Source: Candidatus Kapaibacterium sp. (GTDB lineage Bacteria > Bacteroidota > Ignavibacteria > Kapaibacteriales > UBA2268). From it: a stretch of 64,000 bases of DNA. The notes below the pieces were generated by a model. The model ran no database searches and had not been told where the DNA came from. It saw nothing but the letters and a program-made list of their open reading frames with translations. Made by a program: the position numbers and the translations under genes. Below, piece after piece: positions 27,854-37,415 of the stretch. Numbering within the stretch: position 1 is the stretch's first letter; each line of letters begins with the position of its first letter. The stretch covers positions 2,912,001 through 2,976,000 of the forward strand of contig OY762428.1 of assembly GCA_963665665.1 (NCBI GenBank). Direction: 5' to 3'.

Positions 27854-29884
27854 TCAAGACGATAATCCTAATTTATCAAAGAAAGCTTGGTTTCTTTCTT
27901 TTGCTGCTTTTACCAATTTATCAAAGGAAATAACTTCAATATAGGCATTATAATTATCGTTATAGCCGAAATACCCCATCTTATCATAAGAAATCTTCAA
28001 TCCAAATAGTTTACACCTTTCTTTCACAGATGAAGTTAAGTCACTCAAAACATAACAAAATCCTGGAACATTTTGAGATTCAGGAATCGGCCTTCCCGAA
28101 TGAGTATTTACTTTACCTTCACGTACTCGTTCTAAATATTTTAATGCTTGCTCGATTGGGTCTTTTTCCTCTCCAGATTTTGCATCATTTCTCATTGGTC
28201 TTTTTATTTCAATAACTATTATTGATGCTAATGGTAGTTCTTCACCATCATTAACAAGTAAGGGATTGTCAAATACATTTAATCCCATAATATCAGGTTC
28301 TTTTGTTTTTGTAGAATCTGTAATTGGCATAGACTTTAATGTTTTATCTGAAGCTAAATAATTGTGAAATGCAAATCTTTCATCAACTAACCATAGATTA
28401 CTGTCATCGGATTTAATTTCTTGACTTTCTTTACCCATTGGCATAATTAATTGGTGTATAAAGTCCTCACGGATATACTTGCCATCTGATTGTTTCTGAA
28501 TTGCCTTATTCAGAAGTTCGATAATTACTTTTCTATGTGAAACATAGCTGGCTAAATCAGATTTTTTTATATCTGATGCTTTTAAAAGATAATCATTTAA
28601 TTTTGCTTCATACTCATCTATCTCAAGAATTGTTTCTTGACTTAAGAGAGTGTGACCATCATCAAGAAGTTTACTTTCAATATCAAACAAATATTTATGC
28701 AATGTAAGTTCAAGATCTTTGTCATTAATATTAGGGTCGACTGCAAGATCATCTTCTGAAATTGAGTTTAAAATTGATTTGTACTTTGGTGCCCGGTTTG
28801 CAACAAAATTATCTACTCTTTCTCTTCCTTTCTTTTTGTTTTCTATCAAATATCCACTCAAATACTCTGAAATATGCTCAATCATTTTAGTTCTAATATC
28901 TTTAAAAGATAAGTCACTATCTTCAAAAAGCCCATCTGACTCGTCTTGGATGTTAAATCCAATTCGTTCGGGTCTTACTGATTCGTCAAGATATTCAGAA
29001 GTTATGAATCCAAGATAAGTAAATGTCTTCTCGTCTTCTCCTATTAATGCACCATATAAACCCGGTATTTTTCCATTGATATTCTCGTCTTTAACAACTC
29101 TATTTCCTGCACAATATGCAATTGAATGTTGTCTTGATGAAGTAGTAAGCAGTTTAACATGAATTAGGTTAAATTCTTTTTCTTTGTGTTCGATTTTTTC
29201 AACGAAAGATGATTCAATCATATACTCCTCAAAAATTGTATCAAGATTTTGAAGATCCTCTCCATCATTGACAGTTATTTTGGGAATACCTCCACCTCTG
29301 ATGAAATACCAGAGGCAATGCTCTAATAGTTCTTTTGCAATGGTTTCCGCAGTTTTTTTTGAATATTTTAAATATGGTTTCTTGAATCCAATTAAAGAAA
29401 GTTCAGTTTTTAAGTCTAGTGGTTCAGATATACTTAACAGATTTTCATTGCAAACATCATTTTCAACTTCAAAATCAAATGTTCTTTTTTGGTGATTCCC
29501 TTCAGAATCTTTAAAAATACTTATAACTGATACTTTTTCAAATGCTTTTAACCATAAAAGTCTGCCAATACCACGGCATCCTTTTTCGGCTTTATAATCA
29601 GAATCAAATGTTTGAAATGAAATATAGTTATTATTATCAAATCCAATTCCATTATCGGTGATTTTAAACCCAGTAATTTCAGGCTTTTGACCAGTTTCTA
29701 AATCTAAAGCAATTTGATTTGACCTAATAATGTCGACTCTAATATAAGACTCCTCAAAATCAATACCTCTTTCTTCAATTGAATGAATTGAATTGACGAC
29801 AGCTTCAAAAAGTGGCAAAAGTGCATGTGTTTTAGGCAATGTCGTATTTTTTAATCTGCCTTTCAAAAAAGTATTCATACTCAT
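27854..29884 (-). CDS. GHKL/MORC-type ATPase fused to a C-terminal PD-(D/E)xK nuclease (candidate defence moron)
   Basis: EAVVNSIH, DNGIGF, GCRGIGR; C-terminal EPDI...IVIEIKRP; AT-rich. Confidence 0.7.
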   Translation of the reverse strand: MSMNTFLKGRLKNTTLPKTHALLPLFEAVVNSIHSIEERGIDFEESYIRVDIIRSNQIALDLETGQKPEITGFKITDNGIGFDNNNYISFQTFDSDYKAEKGCRGIGRLLWLKAFEKVSVISIFKDSEGNHQKRTFDFEVENDVCNENLLSISEPLDLKTELSLIGFKKPYLKYSKKTAETIAKELLEHCLWYFIRGGGIPKITVNDGEDLQNLDTIFEEYMIESSFVEKIEHKEKEFNLIHVKLLTTSSRQHSIAYCAGNRVVKDENINGKIPGLYGALIGEDEKTFTYLGFITSEYLDESVRPERIGFNIQDESDGLFEDSDLSFKDIRTKMIEHISEYLSGYLIENKKKGRERVDNFVANRAPKYKSILNSISEDDLAVDPNINDKDLELTLHKYLFDIESKLLDDGHTLLSQETILEIDEYEAKLNDYLLKASDIKKSDLASYVSHRKVIIELLNKAIQKQSDGKYIREDFIHQLIMPMGKESQEIKSDDSNLWLVDERFAFHNYLASDKTLKSMPITDSTKTKEPDIMGLNVFDNPLLVNDGEELPLASIIVIEIKRPMRNDAKSGEEKDPIEQALKYLERVREGKVNTHSGRPIPESQNVPGFCYVLSDLTSSVKERCKLFGLKISYDKMGYFGYNDNYNAYIEVISFDKLVKAAKERNQAFFDKLGLSS

Positions 29885-29974
29885 ATTTTATCCAAAAGGA
29901 AAAAAAACTAACAATACAATTAATAAAACTCAATATAAATAAAAGTCATTAATTACTAATAAAATGTTTATTAT

Positions 29975-30247
29975 TTACCCCATTTCCCTCATAATCTTAC
30001 CGACAACCCTTTCATTCATACCAAGCTCCCGGGCAATTTTCTTTATCGGAATTTCTTTAGCATTGGCTTTGATATAGCGTTCAACGAGAGAACGGAGAGA
30101 TGTAAACATCGGGATGGATACAGTTATTCCGCCCAATTCTCTGATAAGGGTTCTGGCAGTTTCAATACCGCAGGTTTCGGATACGATCTGGAAATGCTCC
30201 GGTAAGTCCTGCTCTTCAAGCAAGTTGATTATTTTGTCGTTTCTCAT
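29975..30247 (-). CDS. Mor/C-family transcription activator
   Basis: DLP......E.CG.E.A..L..ELGG..V.IP plus C-terminal HTH (KKIARELGMNERVV); last gene of early operon. Confidence 0.75.
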   Translation of the reverse strand: MRNDKIINLLEEQDLPEHFQIVSETCGIETARTLIRELGGITVSIPMFTSLRSLVERYIKANAKEIPIKKIARELGMNERVVGKIMREMG

Positions 30248-30335
30248 TTATCTTCCTCTTTATTAATGATTCTTTGATACTAAGACTGATTCCGATACAT
30301 CGGAACCAGCCGGTGAAATTAATATGTATATGCTG

Positions 30336-32144
30336 CTAAAAGCCTACGTCATCGTCGTTTTTGTCCTCCCATTCTGTGAGCCAATCTGAAGGATAGCCAT
30401 CGTCACAGAGTTTTACGTACTTATCCAGCTCATTGGATTTATTTCTACTGTCTTTTTCGATATACCGTTGACAGGATACATCGAAATCGAACTTGGAGAA
30501 TCCGGTTTTGCCGATGAACTTATGCTTGACTTTCTGGACATAAACTATCGGATAACTCGTTGTAAAATCCTCTGAGAACTGCCTGTAAACAACCATTCCG
30601 TTGTCAGCGATGTTGAACCAATTTGCAGAACCCGATATATCATACAGAGTCGGGACTTCAAATAGTTTACTATCCTTTTTTCTTTGCATTTTCCGGGGGT
30701 GTGCAACCAGTACCAGGTGGATATCATGAATCCTCGCAAAATACTTGAGCTGATTAAGCACTTTTCCGGTATAAATGGTTTCAGAATCGCTCCCATACTG
30801 ATGCTCGAGAGTGTTCCATGGATCAAGGATGAGCCCTTTTATGCCATGTTTGAGTACCAATCCGCTTGCTGCTTCAAGAATCCTCTCAAGCCTGTATTCT
30901 TCATTATTTGGCAGGATAAAGAAAATCTGGTCATTGATAAAATCCCGAGCTTTTTCCATTTCTTCCATTGTCATGCGATTGTTGTACTCCTTCAGAAATG
31001 GTTTGCCAACCAGGATTTCACATAACCTTAGTAGATGAATCTCGATAGTGGCATTCTCCGGAGAGAAGATACCCCATCGCCAGCTGTGATTAATTGCTAG
31101 CTTGATCATCAGTTGATCCATGAAGTTACTCTTTCCATGCGAAGGAATTCCGGTAACGATTGTAAGCTGTGAACCATAGAATGTCATAAGCTCGTCAAAT
31201 TCAGGATAACCTGACTTTGCACCTTGTGGAAAACCATTCTCGTACAAATCCTTAAGCTCTGCCATACGATCATTGGCATAATGCACCCCTTCAACAGGAT
31301 ACATTTCAGCTTTCTCAAGGCATTCCCTGAGCTTTTCCTTTCCATGCTTCATCAGGACTTCATTTGCATCTTTGCAGTCCTTTGGATAACGAACAATCCA
31401 GGTTCGGTTCTTACCAAGCCTTCTTGCAAGTTCTTCTTTTAATCTTATTCCAGGACCATCAGAATCGGTAGCAATATAAATCTTCCTGATATTCCTGAAA
31501 TATCCCGAGCAGTTATCGAGGTAAGTAAGCTTTGTATGTATCTGCTTTACATCCGGATTTATACCGCCATCAGGAACGGAAATAGCATTCGTGAAACCGG
31601 CCACTTCGAAAGATAGTGCATCCATTTCCCCCTCGGTAATTATGCAATCTTTCTGATCTTTGATGTCATTCAGTTTATAGAATATCTTACTGCCGCCTTT
31701 TACCTGCTGAAATATCTTATAAACATTACGATATTTGATATTTACCAGCTTGTCATCAAGATAGTAGTTGAAGCATATACAAGTATCTTCTTTGTTAAGC
31801 TGGGAGAGAAAAACTTTCTCAACAGTAATCCTGTTTCTGTCAACAACAGCTTTGGGAATTTTTCTCATCTCAAAGAACTGATATACCTTATCCGATGGAG
31901 ACACTGCATTTGATTTAATGGATTTCGGTATAAATACTTTAAGGTTTTCCTGCTCATATAATCCCCCTGCATACCCGCAATGATGACAGAACCAGGTCCC
32001 TTTGTCAACATTTACTGCCAGACACTTGATATTTTTATGGGACGGTTTCCGGTAAGGGGAACATTTAGGACAGGTAGTTCTCTGTTCACCGCTACGGTTT
32101 ATATTAATTCCGCTTATATTAAAATCTTCATATTGTCTGTTCAT
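30336..32144 (-). CDS. Zn-finger/TOPRIM primase-DnaB-like helicase (T7 gp4/Twinkle-like)
   Basis: CPKC...CHHC, ITEGEMDALS, DSDGPG, KDANE, GIPSHGKS, LVAHPRK; start uncertain (track 32198). Confidence 0.88.
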   Translation of the reverse strand: MNRQYEDFNISGININRSGEQRTTCPKCSPYRKPSHKNIKCLAVNVDKGTWFCHHCGYAGGLYEQENLKVFIPKSIKSNAVSPSDKVYQFFEMRKIPKAVVDRNRITVEKVFLSQLNKEDTCICFNYYLDDKLVNIKYRNVYKIFQQVKGGSKIFYKLNDIKDQKDCIITEGEMDALSFEVAGFTNAISVPDGGINPDVKQIHTKLTYLDNCSGYFRNIRKIYIATDSDGPGIRLKEELARRLGKNRTWIVRYPKDCKDANEVLMKHGKEKLRECLEKAEMYPVEGVHYANDRMAELKDLYENGFPQGAKSGYPEFDELMTFYGSQLTIVTGIPSHGKSNFMDQLMIKLAINHSWRWGIFSPENATIEIHLLRLCEILVGKPFLKEYNNRMTMEEMEKARDFINDQIFFILPNNEEYRLERILEAASGLVLKHGIKGLILDPWNTLEHQYGSDSETIYTGKVLNQLKYFARIHDIHLVLVAHPRKMQRKKDSKLFEVPTLYDISGSANWFNIADNGMVVYRQFSEDFTTSYPIVYVQKVKHKFIGKTGFSKFDFDVSCQRYIEKDSRNKSNELDKYVKLCDDGYPSDWLTEWEDKNDDDVGF

Positions 32145-32331
32145 AAGCATATCTCTTGATTGTATCAATGAAAGCCAACTCTGCAGCTTCTTCTGCATTC
32201 ATCCTGCCTTCAAACTCCATGAGGGCAGCCCTTTCCTGAAAGATAAAGAAGTCAATCTCAGTAAAGAGTTTCTTCCTGTACTTCTCATCAAGTTTGATGT
32301 ATTTCGGATCAGTTTCTAATTTCGCTTTCAT
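32128..32331 (-). CDS. Small phage protein
   Basis: FQERAALMEFEG...AAELA motif; coupled to neighbours. Confidence 0.6.
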   Translation of the reverse strand: MKAKLETDPKYIKLDEKYRKKLFTEIDFFIFQERAALMEFEGRMNAEEAAELAFIDTIKRYAYEQTI

Positions 32332-32621
32332 AAAACCATGTTTTCATGTGAAAAAAGTTTATTCTTAAATTCCAGTATATTTGCAGGCATCCATGTATTG
32401 TAAGGCCAATTCATTGAGAATTCCAGCAATGTTTTCTCGAATTCCTGCTTTGACCATTCCTGTTTCTGCATCAGCTCAAAAGTGAAATCCACTTTCTTGC
32501 GGAACCTGCTGCCATCATTCAGAAGATCCTGATCAGGAAACAGGGAATCCATTATTGCCAGGAGTTCATTCTTCTGCTGTAATCCAAGCCGGTCTTTGGA
32601 CTTTTGCTTTGCCTGAGCCAT
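32328..32621 (-). CDS. Hypothetical phage protein
   Basis: Overlaps neighbours in replication operon. Confidence 0.55.
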   Translation of the reverse strand: MAQAKQKSKDRLGLQQKNELLAIMDSLFPDQDLLNDGSRFRKKVDFTFELMQKQEWSKQEFEKTLLEFSMNWPYNTWMPANILEFKNKLFSHENMVL

Positions 32622-33483
32622 TCAACCTCCTTTCCTGTTTGAATTTCTGAAGGAAAATGTCATAGTACATGACGCCGTCTTTGCTCTTATTTCGGAGCTT
32701 ACAGGCCGATAGGAAATTACCTTTTTCACCCCAGAATGAATCTTTTCGTGCCCATTCAGCGATCTGGTATATTTCATCCCGTGGCCGCTTGTCAATGCGT
32801 ATGAGCTTGTCGAAAGTATCACCCCAATTCCGAAAATCAGCATCAGTGATTTTTTGAGTGGGTGGTAAAAGAGTCCTGAAGTATTTGGCAAATTCCTGTC
32901 CTTCCTCGGAAATCGAAGATTTCTGGGGAGAAGAAATAATATTTTCTTTTTTTTCCTTTCCTTTCTTTTCCTTTCCTTTGTTCATTTCTGTTCCGGATGT
33001 GTTGAACACCTGTTCGTCATCTGTTCCGTTTCCGTTCCGATTGTGTTCCTCTTCTGATGAATCATCGCTTATATCCTGTTCATCATCTGATTCATCCTGT
33101 TCAATTTTTTCCATAGCTTTCTTTCTTCTGACTTCGCCGGATTTCTTACCGGCCAGTTGTTTCTTTTCTTTAAGTTCAGAAACCTTTTCTATCGACTGTA
33201 GGAGCCTTTTGGAGAACAGATAACCTTCATCATCAAGAACCAATAATTCAATTGTCTGAAGGAACTTTATGAACTCAAAGGCTTCCTCAGAGGATATTTT
33301 CAGCGACCAGGAAAATACTTCGAGGTTATCTTCAAATTTTATCTTTCCGTTTTGCTCATGAAGCATTTCAATAAGCGCCCAAAACATCCCATATCCTGCC
33401 CATCCGTATTTAGACAGCAGTTTGATTATTTTCGGATCCCTCACGGCATTGGCATCGTGTGAGAAATAATACGCTTCTTTCAT
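32566..33483 (-). CDS. Replication initiator-like protein (DUF4373-type N-terminus)
   Basis: YYFSHDANA..DPKI..L...YG..GYG.FW..IE.L; acidic linker; C-terminal DSFW. Confidence 0.75.
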   Translation of the reverse strand: MKEAYYFSHDANAVRDPKIIKLLSKYGWAGYGMFWALIEMLHEQNGKIKFEDNLEVFSWSLKISSEEAFEFIKFLQTIELLVLDDEGYLFSKRLLQSIEKVSELKEKKQLAGKKSGEVRRKKAMEKIEQDESDDEQDISDDSSEEEHNRNGNGTDDEQVFNTSGTEMNKGKEKKGKEKKENIISSPQKSSISEEGQEFAKYFRTLLPPTQKITDADFRNWGDTFDKLIRIDKRPRDEIYQIAEWARKDSFWGEKGNFLSACKLRNKSKDGVMYYDIFLQKFKQERRLNGSGKAKVQRPAWITAEE

Positions 33484-33567
33484 TTATTTATATCCAGTTT
33501 GTTTTTATCATTATCATAATTTTAATTAGCAATGTGCTGGAATTATAAAATCACACGAGTGTGTCTT

Positions 33568-34155
33568 TCATAATAATTCTTGTTCTGGTTTTAGAATTTC
33601 ATAATTAAGTGTGTTGCCTAAATATTCAATATCACAATCCCGGTTTCCATAGAATAGGCGGTCAATATTTGAGCAAGATTTATCTCCACCGAACCTTTCA
33701 ATCAATTTGCTTATTGAATGCCTGAATTCTGACGGACTGCTAATTCCCTTATCAATTACGAACACAATCCGGAACCTTTGGAACTCAGGTTTATGGCTTG
33801 GAGTGGTGTATAGTAACAAAGCATTTTCCTGTACGAATTCATCTTCAAAGGCTTCATGAAAGGTCAAATATCCTTCCTCTATGGTCTTTATTCGCTTATC
33901 ATACTTCTTTGTAACCTTGTTATACTCCTTTACATCATTATCAATGTCTATAGCCAGAATACGGGCAAAATCGACATCTTTTATTGATGGTTTCCTGCCT
34001 GAAGCAGTCGGTTTTAATACTCCTGGAGAAAAGGCAAATCCATCGGAAATATGATCCTGAAGGTTTTCTCCGGAAAATTCCACATTTTGCCAGCCATAAG
34101 TAGCAGGATTGGCTTTGTTAATCATGTTTTTGTTAATGCTAAGTTGAAATTTCAT
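33568..34155 (-). CDS. Stand-alone AEP primase-polymerase-like domain
   Basis: AIDID, YTTPSH, RFRIVF, D..C....RLFYG; SD AGGAG before ATG 34155. Confidence 0.6.
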   Translation of the reverse strand: MKFQLSINKNMINKANPATYGWQNVEFSGENLQDHISDGFAFSPGVLKPTASGRKPSIKDVDFARILAIDIDNDVKEYNKVTKKYDKRIKTIEEGYLTFHEAFEDEFVQENALLLYTTPSHKPEFQRFRIVFVIDKGISSPSEFRHSISKLIERFGGDKSCSNIDRLFYGNRDCDIEYLGNTLNYEILKPEQELL

Positions 34156-34266
34156 TTCAATCTCCTGATTATAGTTTGAATTATTTGTTTGCGATGATTG
34201 CAAATAAACCCTGGATGAGCGAAATATTTAAACAAAGGGATTATAAAATATTTTTACATAATTAGG

Positions 34267-34326
34267 GTTGACAGCTGACAAGGATTTTCTTCATTTACAA
34301 TCAACTATCAACCTCCAATTATCAAA
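34267..34326. repeat. Degenerate heptamer inverted repeat
   Basis: ggttga-cagctga-ca ... tcaacta-tcaacc-tccaattatcaa. Confidence 0.5.
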
Positions 34327-34329
34327 TAA

Positions 34330-36291
34330 TCATGCTGCTTGTTCAGTTTCAATTTTCAATTCAGAATCACCTACCTTTGTAACAATCATCTGTAATCCGG
34401 ATTCCATGGCTTTGGATTTGAACTCATTGAAAGTATCCTGATCCAGTTTTTCAATTCCATCCACACAGATAATCCCAAGATCACCGGCCCTTAGTTTGGC
34501 AACCTCTACTGCAAGTTTCACCTGTTCAGCAGTATTCAGTTTGTCGAATACAACTTCCTTACTGTAAATCTCGCCGTCCTTGATTTCAAGGCCTTTTATT
34601 GGCAATACTTTCATCAGGTCGCTTTTCATATTATCAAGGTTACCAATAGCCTGTGACAGCTTCTCAGATTCTTCTTTAAGTTGTTTGCACTCTTCTTCGA
34701 ACTGCTGTAACAGTTCCCTTGTTTTCTCCTGGGAGGAAATCTCTTTCTGCTTTTCCTTTAACCCTGAAATCTTATCTACTAATGGAATATACTTTTCATC
34801 AAATTTGGTCTGGATATCTTCTTTCTGCTTTTCAAATTGTTCATGGATTCCCTGTTTGATTTCATCATGTTCATTCCTGAGCTTGTTTATCTCAGTTTCA
34901 AACCTTTCCGCTTCTTCATCGAGACTGGCGATCTTAAAATTTGTAGCTTTGTCAAGAAATAGGCTCTTCTTAGATTCCATATCTCCTTTTTTGTTTTCAA
35001 GCTCTTTAAGCCTTTCTGAAATTGATTCAGGCGAAATATCTGCTGTAGTAACAGATCCCTGCAATTGTGTCATTGTAGAAAGCTTTTCTTTCAAAGCCCT
35101 GTTCACTCCGGTTCTTTCGTCATAGAATTGCTTCTGAATTTTTGAAATAGCTTCGAGGGCATGTTCCGATAAATCTGCATTGACCTTTCCACTCATACCG
35201 TTAAGGTATTGCTCAAGATTTTCAGTTGTAATCTTCATCGGTATAGCTTCAAGCAGATAATTGACCCTGTTCTTCTTATCTGCCGATAAGAACTGCACCG
35301 GATTTACTGAAATCATATCTATCAGCTTGTCAATGTATCCTTGTGGCTTACTAATGCTGTTTCCTTCTGCATCATGAAGTTTGATATTAGACTTGCTGGC
35401 TGTTACTGTTTTGCTTAGATGAACACCATCATCAAGTACAAGAACGATTTCGCCTTTGTCAGTACCGTTCCTGAGAAGCTTTGCATCATGACCGCCTTTC
35501 AGGGCATGTTTGATGGATTCAAGTATACTGGACTTTCCTGTACCGTTCTTTCCTTCAATGAGAGTGAAATTACCCGGTGAGAATTCAATATCCTCTATCC
35601 CGAGCAAATTGGATATTTTTATCTTTTGAATATTCATGTCCGTTTCTCCTGGTTTATTATTCTTTGGTTTGTTTTGGAAGTATTCTTCCAGCTTTCTGCT
35701 CTGAATAAATTCAAGAAAAGATGTGAGCAGTTCATTTAAATCACTGTCCAGATCAGGATAGCGGTCAAATGAGAACTGCTCTATTCCTCTTAGCTGAATG
35801 CCGTTTTTTGCATCGTAGAAGCAGAATACATTGTAGCTGACTTTCTCTGCTTCAAATATGTCCATATAGTATTTCCATTGGCATGACTGAAAGTACCTTT
35901 CAAAGCTGAAGCCTCCCCAGCAGGTCTTGTTTTCATAAACATAGTTGCCGAATAGCTGGTCAACTTTAGCTACTACTTCAACCTGTTCATTTCCAATATC
36001 ATATACTTTCGTTGTCTTGACTTCGAACGATGCTTCCTGATTAATAGCCTGATAGCATTGGGCTATGATATCATAGTTAAACTCAATTCCGTTTTTGGCT
36101 ATGAAGCATTTCTTCTCTTCCGAATACCTTTCATTAATCTTTTCAAGAATATCATGGAACGCTGTTCCAAGTTCCATGTACCTTGATGGTTCATACTTGC
36201 CCCTGATTCGTTTCAGCAGGGCTTCCTCTTCTAATGAACCTTTCAGGTAATTCCGGAAAGATTCTATTGTTGTTACTGAGATTTTAAGCAT
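34330..36291 (-). CDS. Exonuclease-like (Cas4/RecB-type) domain fused to SbcC/SMC-like ATPase
   Basis: LGTAFH, KVD...YENKT...QWKYY; then GKNGTGKSS, coiled coil, LNTAEQ, ICVDG.E. Confidence 0.75.
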   Translation of the reverse strand: MLKISVTTIESFRNYLKGSLEEEALLKRIRGKYEPSRYMELGTAFHDILEKINERYSEEKKCFIAKNGIEFNYDIIAQCYQAINQEASFEVKTTKVYDIGNEQVEVVAKVDQLFGNYVYENKTCWGGFSFERYFQSCQWKYYMDIFEAEKVSYNVFCFYDAKNGIQLRGIEQFSFDRYPDLDSDLNELLTSFLEFIQSRKLEEYFQNKPKNNKPGETDMNIQKIKISNLLGIEDIEFSPGNFTLIEGKNGTGKSSILESIKHALKGGHDAKLLRNGTDKGEIVLVLDDGVHLSKTVTASKSNIKLHDAEGNSISKPQGYIDKLIDMISVNPVQFLSADKKNRVNYLLEAIPMKITTENLEQYLNGMSGKVNADLSEHALEAISKIQKQFYDERTGVNRALKEKLSTMTQLQGSVTTADISPESISERLKELENKKGDMESKKSLFLDKATNFKIASLDEEAERFETEINKLRNEHDEIKQGIHEQFEKQKEDIQTKFDEKYIPLVDKISGLKEKQKEISSQEKTRELLQQFEEECKQLKEESEKLSQAIGNLDNMKSDLMKVLPIKGLEIKDGEIYSKEVVFDKLNTAEQVKLAVEVAKLRAGDLGIICVDGIEKLDQDTFNEFKSKAMESGLQMIVTKVGDSELKIETEQAA

Positions 36292-36302
36292 TTCTGACCT
36301 CC

Positions 36303-37271
36303 TTATTCAAAACTGAAATCCGGTTCCGGAACTGCTTCTTTTATTGTGGGAACTGCCCTTGCTTCGACAATTGTAATAGGATAAAATTTCTTGTCATTTT
36401 TGTTGAATTCAAGATTCAGCTCTTTTGCTCTTTGCTGAATTTTATCCCATAACTGCTTCTTAATTCCGTTTTTAAGTCCAGAAATATCCTGCATGAAAGA
36501 GTTTATTTCATCATCTGAACTCATGTTCTTTACTTTGCTGTTGAGATCATTGATTAGCTTTACTGTTTCAGCCTGGCTTTGTGTCTGTCCGTTTATTGCG
36601 TCTTTCATTTCCTGCATCAGGCCTGAAAAATAATCCGGCACACTGTTGAAATTTGGTATTTCCAATGCCGGAAACTTTGCTGAGTTCTTGCCAATCCAGT
36701 AATCAGTCGGATTGAAATCTATTGTTCTTTTATTATCCCGTATGAATAAATACCCTGCAAAATCTGCTGTCTGAAGAACCCTGTCATAGCTTCCCCCGGT
36801 TATTGCCGGTCTCTTTATCCTCAGGTCTCCTTCATCCTTTTCCTTTACATGGGCTATCATCACCACATCTTTGCCGAGGGTTTTGAGTTTGCCTACGAAA
36901 AGTGAAAACTCATCTTTCAACCTGCCGAAGAATTGAAGTTTGTTTCTGGCAAGTTTGGGTTCCTGATCAACTATCCATGCCCCAATGTAATCCAATAGGG
37001 TGTCTATAGTATCAAGAATGATTGTATCATACTGATTGAAAGTTTTAATCAGTTCTGACATATTATTATTTATCTGTTTCCATGATTCAATCACCATGAC
37101 GTCTTTTCGGAATTCGCTTCTGTGTACGCCCTTGTCAAAGTCAAGAGTCAGAGGCAATGATGCTGTGTTCACAAGGCTTGTTTTGCCTGCTCCGGGCTCG
37201 CCATAGATAAGTACATTTATCGTTTCTATGCGTAAGGGCTCATCGGATTTAACTATTTTAAACATATTCAA
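36303..37271 (-). CDS. AAA_24/Sak4-like recombination ATPase
   Basis: IYGEPGAGKTS, LDFDKG, IILDT, IAH. Confidence 0.8.
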   Translation of the reverse strand: MNMFKIVKSDEPLRIETINVLIYGEPGAGKTSLVNTASLPLTLDFDKGVHRSEFRKDVMVIESWKQINNNMSELIKTFNQYDTIILDTIDTLLDYIGAWIVDQEPKLARNKLQFFGRLKDEFSLFVGKLKTLGKDVVMIAHVKEKDEGDLRIKRPAITGGSYDRVLQTADFAGYLFIRDNKRTIDFNPTDYWIGKNSAKFPALEIPNFNSVPDYFSGLMQEMKDAINGQTQSQAETVKLINDLNSKVKNMSSDDEINSFMQDISGLKNGIKKQLWDKIQQRAKELNLEFNKNDKKFYPITIVEARAVPTIKEAVPEPDFSFE

Positions 37272-37408
37272 ACTCCTTTATTTATCATTAGCATTGCAAT
37301 TATCAATAGGGCTATTGAGATGTAAATCCCAATCAGGGCTATCCTGCTGGCTTTTGTTCTTATCTCAGGGGAATAGTAATTCAGTTTCTTAAGTTTTATC
37401 TGTTTCAT
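37268..37408 (-). CDS. Small single-TM protein, 46 aa
   Basis: Manual translation MKQIKLKKLNYYSPEIRTKASRIALIGIYISIALLIIAMLMINKGV; GAGG SD. Confidence 0.55.
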   Translation of the reverse strand: MKQIKLKKLNYYSPEIRTKASRIALIGIYISIALLIIAMLMINKGV

Positions 37409-37415
37409 ACTCGCC

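Noticed and set aside
10730-30247. Transposable Mu-like phage
   Set aside because: No DDE transposase or MuB in the early region; tyrosine integrase and att-like site present
35640-36291. cas4 indicating CRISPR adaptation
   Set aside because: No Fe-S cysteine pattern evident and no cas1/cas2; typical phage recombination exonuclease context
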